From positions 1-35,899 of IMG/VR virus record IMGVR_UViG_3300017747_002940: a DNA stretch of 35,899 nucleotides, one strand, 5' to 3'. The translations under genes and the position numbers were made by a program. Below the pieces are notes generated by a model. It did not search any database. It was not told where the DNA came from and was given only the letters and a program-made list of their open reading frames with translations. How positions within the stretch are numbered: position 1 is the first letter of the stretch; each line of letters begins with the position of its first letter. Below are positions 23,206 to 33,685 of the stretch, piece by piece. The stretch comes from a virus (taxonomy: Duplodnaviria; Caudoviricetes).

Positions 23206-24599
23206 TGGCTGGGCAACGTGAAGCCCGGTGCGTTGGTCCGTCCTACTACCTGAAGGACAAGAAAACCGCCGTCCAACGCACCATCAATATGTACCCGATG
23301 GCGGTGGAGGGGTTCGGCAGCGATCCGCCGCTGGTGCTGGAAAGCGTACCGGGGTTGTCGCTTGTGTCGGACCTAGGCGCAGACATTCGAGGCATGTTCA
23401 ACGCTGACGGCCGGATGTTCCTGGCAGTCGGCAGCGCCCTAAAAGAGATGAGCAGTGCCGAGGCGTTCACTGACCGTGGCACGCTTGGTGTTGGTTCGTC
23501 CAATGTTTCAATGGTGAACGGGGTTTCGCAACTCGCCATCGTGGATGGGGCAACCTACTTTGTGTTGAACCTCGACACAAACACCATTGCACAAGTCACG
23601 TCACCTGGCTGGCGTCAGTCGAGCGCGGTGGACTACATTGACGGCTACTTTGTTTTTGTGGCCCCAAACACCGACCAGTTCTACATCAGCGCAGTAGACA
23701 ACGCCGCATCGCTGGACCCGCTGGACTTCAGCAGCGCAGACAGCCAGCCCGACAACATCGTGCGGCAGATTGTGCGTAAACGTGAGCTGTATCTGTTTGC
23801 GGTTCGTTCAACGGAAGTTTGGATCAACAGCGGCGACCCCGACTTTCCGCTAGTGCGCTATCAAGGCACGCCGATTGACGTGGGTTTGGTCGGCCCCCGG
23901 GCTGTAGCTAGAGTTGCGGACACTCTGGTGTGGGTTGGGCAGACAGAGCGGGGCGGGCCATACGTCTATCGCATGGACGGCTATCAACCCGTGCGGATCA
24001 GCGACCAATGCGTCGAACAACAACTGGCTGCCGCTGACTACACCAACGCGGTGTGCTGGGTGTATCAAGATGCTGGGGCAGAGTTCTGGTGTGTCACAGC
24101 CCCCGGGATGGAAACCACCTTTTCATGGAACGCCGCTACGCAGATGTGGACGGAGCGGGCTGAGTTGGTGGCAGGCGAATGGCAGCCGTTTCGCGCGGAG
24201 CGGTGCACATTTTTCAATGGCCGGCAATATGTGTCTGCAGGGTCCAAGCTGTACCGCTACAGCCGCGATTACTACACTTTAGCGGGCGATGTTCTGGCCC
24301 GTGAACGCACCTGGCCGCACTTGGTGGCCCCAAGCCAAGAACCGACGATCTATCGGTCGGTGGAGCTCCGCTGCACGACAGGATCGACGGTTGAAGGGTC
24401 GATCACGCTAGAAGTCAGCAACGATGGGGGGTCCGTGTTCTACGGCCCCCAACGCCGCAGCCTTGGCGTGGTTGGGCAGCGCAATCGGCGCATTCGCTGG
24501 GGTCCGCAAGGAACCTGCCCCGCTGGCGGTGGCCGCGTGTTCCGGTTCCGGTGCACGGATGCAGTCCCCTTGACCATTCAAGAAGCGGCGGTTGCATGA
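23205..24599 (+). CDS. Packaged-DNA stabilization/tail hub protein (P22 gp10-like)
   Basis: INMYP, VDYIDGYFVF, SADSQPDNIV, STEVW motifs. Confidence 0.85.
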   Translation: MAGQREARCVGPSYYLKDKKTAVQRTINMYPMAVEGFGSDPPLVLESVPGLSLVSDLGADIRGMFNADGRMFLAVGSALKEMSSAEAFTDRGTLGVGSSNVSMVNGVSQLAIVDGATYFVLNLDTNTIAQVTSPGWRQSSAVDYIDGYFVFVAPNTDQFYISAVDNAASLDPLDFSSADSQPDNIVRQIVRKRELYLFAVRSTEVWINSGDPDFPLVRYQGTPIDVGLVGPRAVARVADTLVWVGQTERGGPYVYRMDGYQPVRISDQCVEQQLAAADYTNAVCWVYQDAGAEFWCVTAPGMETTFSWNAATQMWTERAELVAGEWQPFRAERCTFFNGRQYVSAGSKLYRYSRDYYTLAGDVLARERTWPHLVAPSQEPTIYRSVELRCTTGSTVEGSITLEVSNDGGSVFYGPQRRSLGVVGQRNRRIRWGPQGTCPAGGGRVFRFRCTDAVPLTIQEAAVA

Positions 24600-25261
24600 C
24601 TCTGGTCACCATCCCCCGCGCCACTGTTCCCGTTGCCGCAAATACTCCGATGTCGGCCGATTGGTATCGATGGGCAAATGACATCACGCAGCGGGTGGGC
24701 GGCCCCACGGGTGCGGGATCAAACGACCTGTCTTTGTCGCAGTTTGACGACGCTGGCATTGAAGAGGCAAAAGCCAACATCAACGATTTGCGTCAAGAAG
24801 TGCGTCAGGCGCCGCAAGCGGCCGAAGAAGCCGTCATGGCACTGGAATCTAGCGTGCATTCTATTGTTGCTGAGGCGCAGCAGATGTCGGCGGACATGGA
24901 TGGCTTAGCGTTGGCACCAACGCTATACAGCGTGCCCGGAGTCGGCGACCCGATTTGCCGGCTTGGGATTCTTGGCGGCATGGTGGGGATGTACGGCACG
25001 GCGGGGGCACTACAGGCAGCGGCTTACATCAAGACATACGCAACCGCTTCGCGCACCATACCCAACGCGACATTTTCAAACCTGGCCACGACGGCAGCAA
25101 CAAACGTTGCGCCCTACGGATTTTCCACAGCAGCCCAAGCTGACGCCATCGCGACCAAAGTCAACCAGCTTGCAGCGGATGTTTTAATCCTGAAGCAACT
25201 CATTGTGTCGCTGGTGAACGATAATTCAACGTCGCTTGGCGTTGGTTTGAACGCAACATAA
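24596..25261 (+). CDS. Putative tail needle/tail accessory protein
   Basis: MSADWYRWAND N-terminus, coiled coil; follows gp10-like gene. Confidence 0.5.
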   Translation: MTLVTIPRATVPVAANTPMSADWYRWANDITQRVGGPTGAGSNDLSLSQFDDAGIEEAKANINDLRQEVRQAPQAAEEAVMALESSVHSIVAEAQQMSADMDGLALAPTLYSVPGVGDPICRLGILGGMVGMYGTAGALQAAAYIKTYATASRTIPNATFSNLATTAATNVAPYGFSTAAQADAIATKVNQLAADVLILKQLIVSLVNDNSTSLGVGLNAT

Positions 25262-25272
25262 ACAGGCCAAAA

Positions 25273-25611
25273 ATGACAGTTACGTCGAAACCGCTCATTG
25301 TTTCCAAATACGCTTCAAGCTCGGAAGCAACGGAATACACAGCAAATGGGCTGCGGACAATCATCGACAAATTCACCGGCTACAACGGCTCCGGTGGTGC
25401 GGTCACGCTGACTATCAAGCTGGTGCCGAATGGCGGGACGGCGGGAGCATCCAACATCACGGTGACGCGCGCTATCGCAGTAGGCGCGACGGACACGTTC
25501 CCCGAGATTTGCGGGCACAGTTTGGAGCCAGGCGGGTTTATCAGCGTGTTGGCAAGTTCTGCAACAGCCATCGTGATTCGCAGCACTGGCCGTGAGGTCA
25601 CGGGATCATGA
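25273..25611 (+). CDS. Putative virion protein
   Basis: [10 protein letters not shown]...[16 protein letters not shown]. Confidence 0.65.
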   Translation: MTVTSKPLIVSKYASSSEATEYTANGLRTIIDKFTGYNGSGGAVTLTIKLVPNGGTAGASNITVTRAIAVGATDTFPEICGHSLEPGGFISVLASSATAIVIRSTGREVTGS

Positions 25612-25805
25612 ACGAAGAAACCCCATTATGGCTGACGATGCGGCGCAACGCCTGGGATGTGTACTTTGCATCCGTGGTCAGTATGAGCCTTCATCCTGGA
25701 ACCACGCGCGACGCGGCGGTTCAGCGGCCGATCCCTGAGTGCGCTGCAATGGCAGATGCAATGCTTGCTGAGCGTGACCAGCGGGTCCAGGATGGTGTAT
25801 TGTGA
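25608..25805 (+). CDS. Small hypothetical protein
   Basis: ATGA/GTGA coupling. Confidence 0.6.
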   Translation: MNEETPLWLTMRRNAWDVYFASVVSMSLHPGTTRDAAVQRPIPECAAMADAMLAERDQRVQDGVL

Positions 25806-26338
25806 CGCCCATTCGACTGCTAGACAAAGGCTTGCCGGTGGCGCCTATCTATTGGGCGCTTCAGCAGCACCCCGAGCTGTGGAACCAAAACAATGCCCGC
25901 ACCACAGACCCGCAAAGCCCGCACTATGGGCTAGATGACATTTGGGCGCGGTTTGGTGATGCAGATAGGGCAGAAGACGGCCTGCCGCATGAGGCTCATT
26001 GGTATCCAGCAGCGGATGTGCTCGGCATCAAACGCTTGTGCTTGGACATCATGCGTTCTGTAGATGGCGTCGAGTTGGGTGGAATTCTCATCACGCGCAT
26101 TCCTGCGGGCAAAACCTGCAAGCCACACACCGACCCGGGCTGGCATGCTCGACAATATGAGAAGTTTGGCGTGCAGATCACCAGCGCGCCCGGGCAGCAA
26201 TTCTGCTTTGAAGGCGCAAGCCTTGAGACGCAACCGGGTGACTTGTTTTGGTTTGACAATCAACATGAGCATTGGGTCACAAACCAAACCGCTTATGAGC
26301 GTGTGACCATGATCGTTTGCATCCGAAGGGGGAACTAA
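25802..26338 (+). CDS. Aspartyl/asparaginyl beta-hydroxylase-like 2OG-Fe(II) oxygenase
   Basis: KPHTD (HxD), [12 protein letters not shown] (distal H), RVTMIVCIR. Confidence 0.8.
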   Translation: MTPIRLLDKGLPVAPIYWALQQHPELWNQNNARTTDPQSPHYGLDDIWARFGDADRAEDGLPHEAHWYPAADVLGIKRLCLDIMRSVDGVELGGILITRIPAGKTCKPHTDPGWHARQYEKFGVQITSAPGQQFCFEGASLETQPGDLFWFDNQHEHWVTNQTAYERVTMIVCIRRGN

Positions 26339-26339
26339 A

Positions 26340-27029
26340 GTGCCGTGGGGAGCAGCAGCCATCGCCGCAGGCGGCGCAATCATCAGTTCTTCAATGCAGA
26401 GCAGCGCAGCCAGGCGCGCTGCCGACACTCAAAGCCAAAGCTCAGCCGAGGCCATTGCGGAACAGCGCCGGCAGTTTGACCTTCAACGTGAAGACGGCCG
26501 CGACTATCGGGAGACCGGAGTCAACGCGCTGCGGCAACTTGCCGGCGACATCAACACACCAGTTACGGCCGAAGAGGTCATGTCTGATCCGGGCTATCAG
26601 TTCGGGCTTGACCAAGGACAGCAGGCTCTGGATCGACGTTTCGCGGCTTCCGGTGGCCGGCTTAGCGGGGCTTCTTTGAAGGCTGCAAGCCGGTTCAACG
26701 TCGGCACAGCGGCATCCGGCTACAACGCAGCCTATCAGCGCCGCCAAGATCGACTCAACCGCTTGGCAGCGCTTGCCGGCATTGGGCAGTCTTCCACGGC
26801 CAGCAGTGCAGCCGCTGGCGCACAGAGCGCAAACGCTATCGGCAACCTGCGCACGGCACAAGGCAACGCGACCGGCGCGGCGCAACTGGCTCAGGGCAAC
26901 ATCTGGGGCAACGCGATCAACCAGATCGGAGCCATAGGCGCCCGACAGTTTGGTGGCACCAGCGGACCGTCGATCAATCGTGAGTACAACCTGCCGAACT
27001 ACGCTGTTGACCCGTATGGAGGTCCGTGA
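26340..27029 (+). CDS. DNA ejection protein (gp7-like)
   Basis: Gly/Ala-rich N-terminus, DPGYQFGLDQG...ASGGRLSGASLKA. Confidence 0.75.
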   Translation: MPWGAAAIAAGGAIISSSMQSSAARRAADTQSQSSAEAIAEQRRQFDLQREDGRDYRETGVNALRQLAGDINTPVTAEEVMSDPGYQFGLDQGQQALDRRFAASGGRLSGASLKAASRFNVGTAASGYNAAYQRRQDRLNRLAALAGIGQSSTASSAAAGAQSANAIGNLRTAQGNATGAAQLAQGNIWGNAINQIGAIGARQFGGTSGPSINREYNLPNYAVDPYGGP

Positions 27030-28429
27030 TGCCTGCTGAAAACATCTTTGCAGCCTACGCACAGCCCGTTCGGTCGGTCTTGGATTACCTAGGCGACATG
27101 GACCGACGCGACCTGTTGCAGACTCAACTGCAGGGGGCAAAGCGGCAGAACGCCATCGCCGACCTGACGGCTATGCAGACACAAGACCAACTGCGGCAAT
27201 CGGCTGCGGAGCGCGAAGCATTGCGTGTCGCCGCGTCGCAGTCGGGCGGTGATCCCCGGGTTTTGGTCCAACGGCTGAGAGCAACCGGAATGCCGGGCCT
27301 GTTGATGCAAGCCGACGCTTTGGAAAAAGGCGCAATTGAGCGTACCAAGGGCGAAGCGGCGGCCGGCAAGGATTTGGCAGACACAAAAGCAAAAGACATT
27401 GCAAACCGGAAGGCTTTGCTTGAACACGGCATTTTGTCGCTTCAGACGGCGCAGACCCCGCAAGAGGCTCGGAGGCAAGTCAACCAAGGCGTAACGCAAG
27501 GCTATTGGTCGATGGCAGATGCACAAGCCAAAGAATCGCAGATTCCGACCGATCAATCCGCGTTTGAGGCGTGGCGTCAAAACCAGCTTCGCGCAGTGAC
27601 CGAGGCTTACCGGCAGCTTCCGACAGTCAGCACGGTTGACTTGGGCGGGACCAAAGCCACGCAGGCAGTCGATCCGTTCACTGGACGGCCAACGATCACG
27701 GGTCAGCAGACGGTGACGCAGACCCCTGAAAGCATTGCATCGACAGGCGTCGTCTTGCAGCCGGGCGGCCCGGCAAAGATTGACGAAGGCGTGTTGAAAG
27801 CGAAACAGCGCATTGCGGCAGCCGGCGCAGCCAGAACGTCAGTCAACATGCCGCCTGCTGAAGCTGCGTTCACGCAAGAGCTGGCAAAGTTGGACGCCAA
27901 ACAACTGGACAGCTACCGTGACGCGGCTGACAAGTCAGTGGGCGCGGTGGCTCGTGTTCAAGCGATGCGCGATGCTGTGCAAAACGGCATTTACTCGGGC
28001 TCGTTTGCTGGGGACAGAACCAAGCTGGCGAACTTCTTTGAAACCATCGGAGCGCCCGGAGTTGACCCGAAGAAGTTGGCAAACTCGCAGGAATACCAAA
28101 AGCACGCCAATGAGTTGGTGCTGTCGGTCCTCAAGGAAGGTGTTGGAAGCTCGCAGATCAGCAATGCCGACCTGCAGTTTGTGAACGAGACAGTGCCGCA
28201 GCTTGAAACGTCGCCGCTGGCGCGCGAACGGCTGTTGAACTACATTGAAGCTCGCTCTCAGGCAAACATCGACCGTTTTCAGCAAGCTGACGCATACGCG
28301 CGCAAGAATCGCAGCTTGGGCGGGTTTAAGCCTAGCGCGCCCGCAACACCGACCCCCAAGCCGGCTGGCGGGCTTCCTTCAGAGGCTGACATTGATGCAG
28401 CCATCAGGCGGAAGATGGAGGGCAAGTAA
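27029..28429 (+). CDS. DNA ejection protein (gp20-like)
   Basis: Position and Ala/Gln-rich helical composition. Confidence 0.6.
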   Translation: MPAENIFAAYAQPVRSVLDYLGDMDRRDLLQTQLQGAKRQNAIADLTAMQTQDQLRQSAAEREALRVAASQSGGDPRVLVQRLRATGMPGLLMQADALEKGAIERTKGEAAAGKDLADTKAKDIANRKALLEHGILSLQTAQTPQEARRQVNQGVTQGYWSMADAQAKESQIPTDQSAFEAWRQNQLRAVTEAYRQLPTVSTVDLGGTKATQAVDPFTGRPTITGQQTVTQTPESIASTGVVLQPGGPAKIDEGVLKAKQRIAAAGAARTSVNMPPAEAAFTQELAKLDAKQLDSYRDAADKSVGAVARVQAMRDAVQNGIYSGSFAGDRTKLANFFETIGAPGVDPKKLANSQEYQKHANELVLSVLKEGVGSSQISNADLQFVNETVPQLETSPLARERLLNYIEARSQANIDRFQQADAYARKNRSLGGFKPSAPATPTPKPAGGLPSEADIDAAIRRKMEGK

Positions 28430-30084
28430 TGGCCTCGCTTGACGATCTGTCGCTTGAAGACTTGCGAGCTTTGAAGGCTGGCAACCTTGACGCTATGTCG
28501 GTTCAGGGGCTGCAGTCGCTCAAAGCCATGCGGGCAACAGCGCCGGCAGAGGCGAGTATGGGAGCAAAGATCGCGCAAGGTGCCGGCAACCTGCTGGCTG
28601 GCGCTGTGCGTGGCGCGGGCAGCATCGGAGCGACTTTGCTGGCCTCTCCGCAGCAACTTCGAGAGGACTTGACGGGCAGCGGGCCGGGAACATCGACACG
28701 CCGCGCTGAAATGACCGCCGCACTGCAAAGCATGGGCGCTGACACCGAGTCGCTCGCATTCAAGGGCGGTAAGCTGGCGGGCGAGATTGCTGGCACTGCC
28801 GGGGCCGGTGGGGCGATTGCCAACACCGTGACGCGCCTAGCGCCTGGCGTGGCTGCTGCGGCGCCAAACGTCATCAACGCCATCCGCACGGCAGGCTTTC
28901 AAGGGGGCGCAGCAAACCCGATTGCAAACCTTGCCACGCGGGCGGCTGGCGGCGCAATCACTGGCGGCGCATCCGCTGGATTGGTCAACCCGGAAGACGC
29001 GGGGGTCGGTGCTTTGGTGGGCGGGGCGCTGCCTGGCGTCACTACGGCAGCAGGTTACGCGGGTCAAAAGATCGGACGCGGCATCCTGCCAAAAGCAGCG
29101 CCAGAAGTGGCGGCGCTGGCAAAACGCGCCCAAGAACTGGGTATTGAAATCCCGGCCGACCGGATTGTGAACAGCAAACCCCTGAACGCTGTAGCGGCCA
29201 GCCTGAACTATGTGCCGTTTTCCGGCCGTGCAGCCACCGAAGAAACAATGGCAAAGGGTTTGAACAAGGCTCTTTCCAAGACCTTCGGGCAAAACTCCGA
29301 CAACGTGACGCAAGCTCTGCGGCAGGCGTCGGCGGACCTGGGGACCAAGTTTGACACTGTGCTGCAAGCAAACACTGTAAAGATGACGCCAGCCTTCAAA
29401 ACGGCTTTGGCAGATGCTGAGATGCAAGCCAACAGCGAACTTGGAGACGAAGCTGCGTCAGTCATCCGAAAGCAGATTGCGTTGATCCAAACCAAGGGCG
29501 CCGCTGGAGAGATTGACGGGCAGGCAGCCTACAACATCAAGAAAGCGCTCGACCGCATCGGCAATGGCAATTCAGACGCCGCTTTTTACGCGCGGGACTT
29601 GAAGAAAAAGCTCATGGACGCTTTGAACGAAAGCCTTGGGCCACAGGAAGCGCAAGCGTTTGCCAAGGTGCGCCAGCAGTATGGAAACATGCTGGCGCTG
29701 GAAAATATCGCGCAGAATGGTGCCGAGGGTGGGGTTTCCGCTGCTCGCTTGGCAAACATGAAGAACATCAACAATCCAGACCTGCAGGAACTTGCTGACA
29801 TCGCCGCGCAATTCATGCGGACGCGGGAAAGCCCGCACGGAGCGCTTCAGCGAATCGTCATCGGCGGAACAGCCGTCCCTGCGGCCTACTCAGTTAGCGC
29901 GCTGCCGATTTTGGCTGGCGGTGTTGCTGCGGGGCGCGGGACCAATGCGCTGCTGAACAGCGGCATCGCCCGCAGGCTTGCAACAGGGAATGGGCAGCCC
30001 AACGCTATTTCTGGCTTGCTTGCGAGCCCGGAGGCGGCACAGCTTCTGTATCGCGCTGCCCCGGTTGCAGCGGGCGGCCGGTAA
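28429..30084 (+). CDS. DNA ejection protein (gp16-like)
   Basis: Gly/Ala-rich membrane-like segments; third ejection gene. Confidence 0.6.
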   Translation: MASLDDLSLEDLRALKAGNLDAMSVQGLQSLKAMRATAPAEASMGAKIAQGAGNLLAGAVRGAGSIGATLLASPQQLREDLTGSGPGTSTRRAEMTAALQSMGADTESLAFKGGKLAGEIAGTAGAGGAIANTVTRLAPGVAAAAPNVINAIRTAGFQGGAANPIANLATRAAGGAITGGASAGLVNPEDAGVGALVGGALPGVTTAAGYAGQKIGRGILPKAAPEVAALAKRAQELGIEIPADRIVNSKPLNAVAASLNYVPFSGRAATEETMAKGLNKALSKTFGQNSDNVTQALRQASADLGTKFDTVLQANTVKMTPAFKTALADAEMQANSELGDEAASVIRKQIALIQTKGAAGEIDGQAAYNIKKALDRIGNGNSDAAFYARDLKKKLMDALNESLGPQEAQAFAKVRQQYGNMLALENIAQNGAEGGVSAARLANMKNINNPDLQELADIAAQFMRTRESPHGALQRIVIGGTAVPAAYSVSALPILAGGVAAGRGTNALLNSGIARRLATGNGQPNAISGLLASPEAAQLLYRAAPVAAGGR

Positions 30085-30163
30085 GCCCACAGAAAATGCC
30101 CCAGCAAAACGCCAAAAAGACGATGACGCCAGCTTTCACCAGCACGTAATCGAGATAATCCAT
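30005..30163 (-). CDS. Small antisense membrane protein
   Basis: MDYLDYVLVKAGVIVFLAFCWGIFCGLTG; convergent with and overlapping the ejection gene end. Confidence 0.5.
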   Translation of the reverse strand: MDYLDYVLVKAGVIVFLAFCWGIFCGLTGRPLQPGQRDTEAVPPPGSQASQK

Positions 30164-30194
30164 AGCCAGCGCCGTGTGGCGTCGTGAGGAAAAA

Positions 30195-32219
30195 ATGCCA
30201 GCCGTCAGTCTACCCGGAGTTTTTAACCTGCAGAGCTTTACCGATGCAGGACTGCCCGCCGCGTCATACAGGCTGTACACCTACGTCCCCGGCACCACCA
30301 CGCAAAAGGTGGCCTACACCGAACCCACGGGCACAACGTCACAGACATACGTCAGCGACGGCATCGGCGGCGTCTACATTGCTTTGAACGCTCGCGGCGA
30401 ACTGCCGGCGCCTTTGTTCCTGCAGGCAGGCGGCTATGACATCGCGTTAAAGACCCCTGCCGGTGCGGCGGTGTGGACGCGGCGGGCCATTGGGCAAGAC
30501 GACAACGCGACAACGCTTGACGCAGCATTGCGGGCTGACCTTGCCAGCACGGCCAACGACAAGGGCGCGAGTTTGATTGGTTGGCTTCGCGCCCTTACAT
30601 CAGCCGTAGCAACAACGGTCTATCGCTGGATGAGCTGGCAAAACCCGTGCGTCTTTGAGTGGATGACGACGGCTCAAATTGCCGACTACCAAGCCCGCAC
30701 AGCAGTTACCAACATGGCTGGGGCGCTAGATTTGACGGCGCCAATTCAGGCTGCAATTTATGCAAGCTACGCATCTGGGCAGAGTTTGTATTTTCCTCCG
30801 GGCGCGGCAAAAGTCACCGGCCTGCAGGTGCCGACAAACTCCGCAAACTATGAAGATCGGGGCGATGCTTGGTGCATGTACGGGGCCGGTGCGCCGCAAC
30901 CGTTTGTGCGCGAGCCTAGAAGTGGCACGCTGTTGATTAGCCAAACAGACGCGCCGGTATTGAGATACCAACAACGCAGAAGCATGCCGACAGCGGGAGG
31001 AAATGCAAAGGTTCGCGGCATTCGCTTTGAACAACGCAACACCGGAGCAACTAGCGCCGTGGTGCTTTGGGATTCAATGTCGGAAGATGCGGAATTTTCA
31101 AACAACGCCATTCTGCAATTCGGCACTGGTCAAGGGTTTGAGACTACATACCAAATCAAAGGGAACATTTACCGGAATTTTGCTTTGTACGGCGGGTATT
31201 TTTCTAGCACCAAATCATCCGCAGGCATTGGTTTCAACATACCAAGCGCGGCTGACAGTGGTTTACTGACGGTGCGAAAAAACACCGCCCGCAGTTTTTT
31301 GTGGGGCTACGTGCACGGCGACGGGACCAACGATTCAAGTGGTGCGCTGTTTGAACAGAACGAGTGTAGCGACTGCACTAACGGCTTTTGGAACAAAGCC
31401 AACATTACAGCCGCTGCGTTTTTGTCAAACTATACCGAAGGAATTACAGGCACCGTGCTAAAAGACGAAGGCACAATGACTAAAATTCTTGGCGGTATGC
31501 ACTACGTTGGGTTTTCTATCGGAATTGACTCCAGCGCAAACAGCAACTACGGCACGTTGATTGAAGGCAACTATCTTGAAACCGCTGGGCCAAACTGCAC
31601 ACTGATTAAAGTGGCAAGCGGTGGCCCAAATAAAACTGTTCGTAGCAATCACTTGCTGTTCAGTACCAGCGGCGGCAGTGTGGTTGGCGTTGTTGGCATA
31701 GAGCTTTCCGGGCTTGATCCTCGACTTGACCTTAGCAGCAACGCTTTCTTACCGCGTGAGGCTTGGGTGGGCGGGGCTGGCACTACAAAGATTTTGGACA
31801 GCAGCACATCAACCCCGAGCAGCTCCCGCGCCAAGGGCGGGATTGGTCTTGCAGTGGCGCAGCAAGGTGCCAACGAATTCCCATCGCTCAACCAAGTGGC
31901 TCTTTCGATTGCCACACTTGACGCAATTACGGCCACAGTTTCAAGTGGGACGATCATGGCGGATCACGGCGGCTGGTATGACGTGACGTTTGCAGGCGCA
32001 ACCACTGTCAGCAAGATCGCAGACGGCGGGCAAGAGGGCAGAATTGTTTGGCTGGCTTCGACAAATGGAAACACTACTTGGAGCCATAACGCGAACCTAA
32101 AATTGTCTGGCGCTACAAACTGGACGCCTGGGGCAAATGGCGGTTTGCTGGTTTTGCGGGTGTATGGGCAAAGCGGTGGTTTTGTGAATGCGCGTGAAAT
32201 TGCCCGCGTCGCATATTAG
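30195..32219 (+). CDS. Tailspike (head-binding N-terminus plus beta-helix)
   Basis: N-terminal LYTYVPGTTT...LNARGE; DLTAPIQAAI...LYFPPG pectin-lyase-like entry motif; Gly/Asn/Ser-rich beta repeats. Confidence 0.85.
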   Translation: MPAVSLPGVFNLQSFTDAGLPAASYRLYTYVPGTTTQKVAYTEPTGTTSQTYVSDGIGGVYIALNARGELPAPLFLQAGGYDIALKTPAGAAVWTRRAIGQDDNATTLDAALRADLASTANDKGASLIGWLRALTSAVATTVYRWMSWQNPCVFEWMTTAQIADYQARTAVTNMAGALDLTAPIQAAIYASYASGQSLYFPPGAAKVTGLQVPTNSANYEDRGDAWCMYGAGAPQPFVREPRSGTLLISQTDAPVLRYQQRRSMPTAGGNAKVRGIRFEQRNTGATSAVVLWDSMSEDAEFSNNAILQFGTGQGFETTYQIKGNIYRNFALYGGYFSSTKSSAGIGFNIPSAADSGLLTVRKNTARSFLWGYVHGDGTNDSSGALFEQNECSDCTNGFWNKANITAAAFLSNYTEGITGTVLKDEGTMTKILGGMHYVGFSIGIDSSANSNYGTLIEGNYLETAGPNCTLIKVASGGPNKTVRSNHLLFSTSGGSVVGVVGIELSGLDPRLDLSSNAFLPREAWVGGAGTTKILDSSTSTPSSSRAKGGIGLAVAQQGANEFPSLNQVALSIATLDAITATVSSGTIMADHGGWYDVTFAGATTVSKIADGGQEGRIVWLASTNGNTTWSHNANLKLSGATNWTPGANGGLLVLRVYGQSGGFVNAREIARVAY

Positions 32220-32269
32220 GTTGTGGCGCTAGACAAACATTGTGCGGTTCAAAGAGTACGGCCCAAACT

Positions 32270-32377
32270 ATGAAGCAAATTATCAAAGCCCTGCGGTACA
32301 TGGGCGACAGCTTGCGCAAGCTGGCCGACAAACTGGCAAAAGGCGGCGGCGGTGGCGGACCTCAAGAGCCGCTTTAG
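32270..32377 (+). CDS. 35-aa peptide ending GGGGGGPQEPL
   Basis: Manual translation MKQIIKALRYMGDSLRKLADKLAKGGGGGGPQEPL. Confidence 0.45.
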   Translation: MKQIIKALRYMGDSLRKLADKLAKGGGGGGPQEPL

Positions 32378-32758
32378 CCTATGCGCCGCCTTGCTGCTTG
32401 TTGGGTTCTGGCGGCACTATGGCTGGGCGCTATTCGACGGGCATGCACGCGCGCTTGTCTCCAAGGCTTCCGGCGCGGCTGCGATTTGCTGTCTGCTGCT
32501 TATCGTGTGGCGACTCGCAAACAAGTGCCACTCGCAGGAATCCTGCTGTGGTGGGCATGGGAAGAGCTGCAAGTGATGCTCTGTTCCGTGTGGTTCATCT
32601 TTGACCCGTGGCCCGTGGAGCCAGGTCAAGCCATGTGCAGTGCGCGTGCCGGCTTCGACATTGGGGCGTTGGGGGTTTTGATTGTGGCATTGTTGGCATT
32701 CCGATTGACAACTACCCAAGTGGGTAGGGACACAGACGTGCAAGGTCAAGGAAAATGA
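32352..32758 (+). pseudogene. Membrane protein apparently split by a -1 frameshift near 32520
   Basis: Hydrophobic N-half in ORF 32352..32576 and hydrophobic C-half in ORF 32381..32758. Confidence 0.5.
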
Positions 32759-33069
32759 CAGAAGATCAGATTGCCCAACTAGCAAAAGTTAGCGAAGGAA
32801 TGGCACACATTCTGAGTGCGATACAAGAGCTGAAAAAAACTATTGACAAGCTGCGTGAAGATTTTGTCTCTCGAACTCATTATGAGGGAGAAATCACTGC
32901 GCTAAAGCTACGCATCGACACGTTGTCAAAAACAGTTGAAACGCTCACCCAGGAAGTCAAAAAGTCACCGCTTGAATCCGTGACCCGGTTTTTTTCCGGC
33001 GTTTCTGTGGTGCTGGCTGGAGTAATTGCGTTATATGTGGTTGCTCAGTGGGTTGTGAAACACGCATGA
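32755..33069 (+). CDS. Holin/antiholin-like protein (coiled coil plus C-terminal TM)
   Basis: Directly before the endolysin; C-terminal hydrophobic helix. Confidence 0.55.
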   Translation: MTEDQIAQLAKVSEGMAHILSAIQELKKTIDKLREDFVSRTHYEGEITALKLRIDTLSKTVETLTQEVKKSPLESVTRFFSGVSVVLAGVIALYVVAQWVVKHA

Positions 33070-33485
33070 TAAACAGCCGCAAGCTCGAAGACCTGCACCC
33101 CAAGATTGCAGCCAAGGCCCAGGCATTCCGCGATGCATGCGCGGCACAAGGCATCGACGCTCTGATTACCAGCACGTACCGCGACAACGAATCTCAGGCG
33201 GCGATCTATGCACAAGGGCGCACAGCACCTGGCAGCATAGTCACCAACGCAAGGCCCGGTGAGTCTTGGCATAACTGGCGATGCGCTTTTGACTTTGTGC
33301 CCATCGTCGGTGGCAAGTGTCAATGGAAAGACTCTGACCTGTTCACGCGCTGCGGCGTCATTGCCGAGTCGGTCGGCTTGGAGTGGGCAGGGCGCTGGAC
33401 AGGGAAACTCCGTGAGGCTGCGCATTGCCAGTACACAGGCGGGCTGACGCTTGCGGACTTTCGCGCAGGGAAGACGCTGACATGA
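33066..33485 (+). CDS. Endolysin, M15 family peptidase
   Basis: TYRDNESQAAIYAQGRT...SWHNWRCAFD...WAGRW...EAAHCQ. Confidence 0.9.
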   Translation: MINSRKLEDLHPKIAAKAQAFRDACAAQGIDALITSTYRDNESQAAIYAQGRTAPGSIVTNARPGESWHNWRCAFDFVPIVGGKCQWKDSDLFTRCGVIAESVGLEWAGRWTGKLREAAHCQYTGGLTLADFRAGKTLT

Positions 33486-33685
33486 TCCGCAGCATGCTTG
33501 ACGGCGCTGGCGGACGGCGCTTTGCCGTCACCATTGGGGCTGGCCTTGTCACCAGCATTCTGCAATGGTTCGGCAAGTTGGACGTGGCGGGCACCGCATA
33601 TGCCGCTGTAGTCATCGGCACCGTGGGCGCTTATATTGCCGGCAACACAACACAAAAAATCAAAGCGCCGGATGGCACGCAATGA
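33482..33685 (+). CDS. Putative holin
   Basis: 67 aa with two TM segments after the endolysin. Confidence 0.65.
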   Translation: MIRSMLDGAGGRRFAVTIGAGLVTSILQWFGKLDVAGTAYAAVVIGTVGAYIAGNTTQKIKAPDGTQ

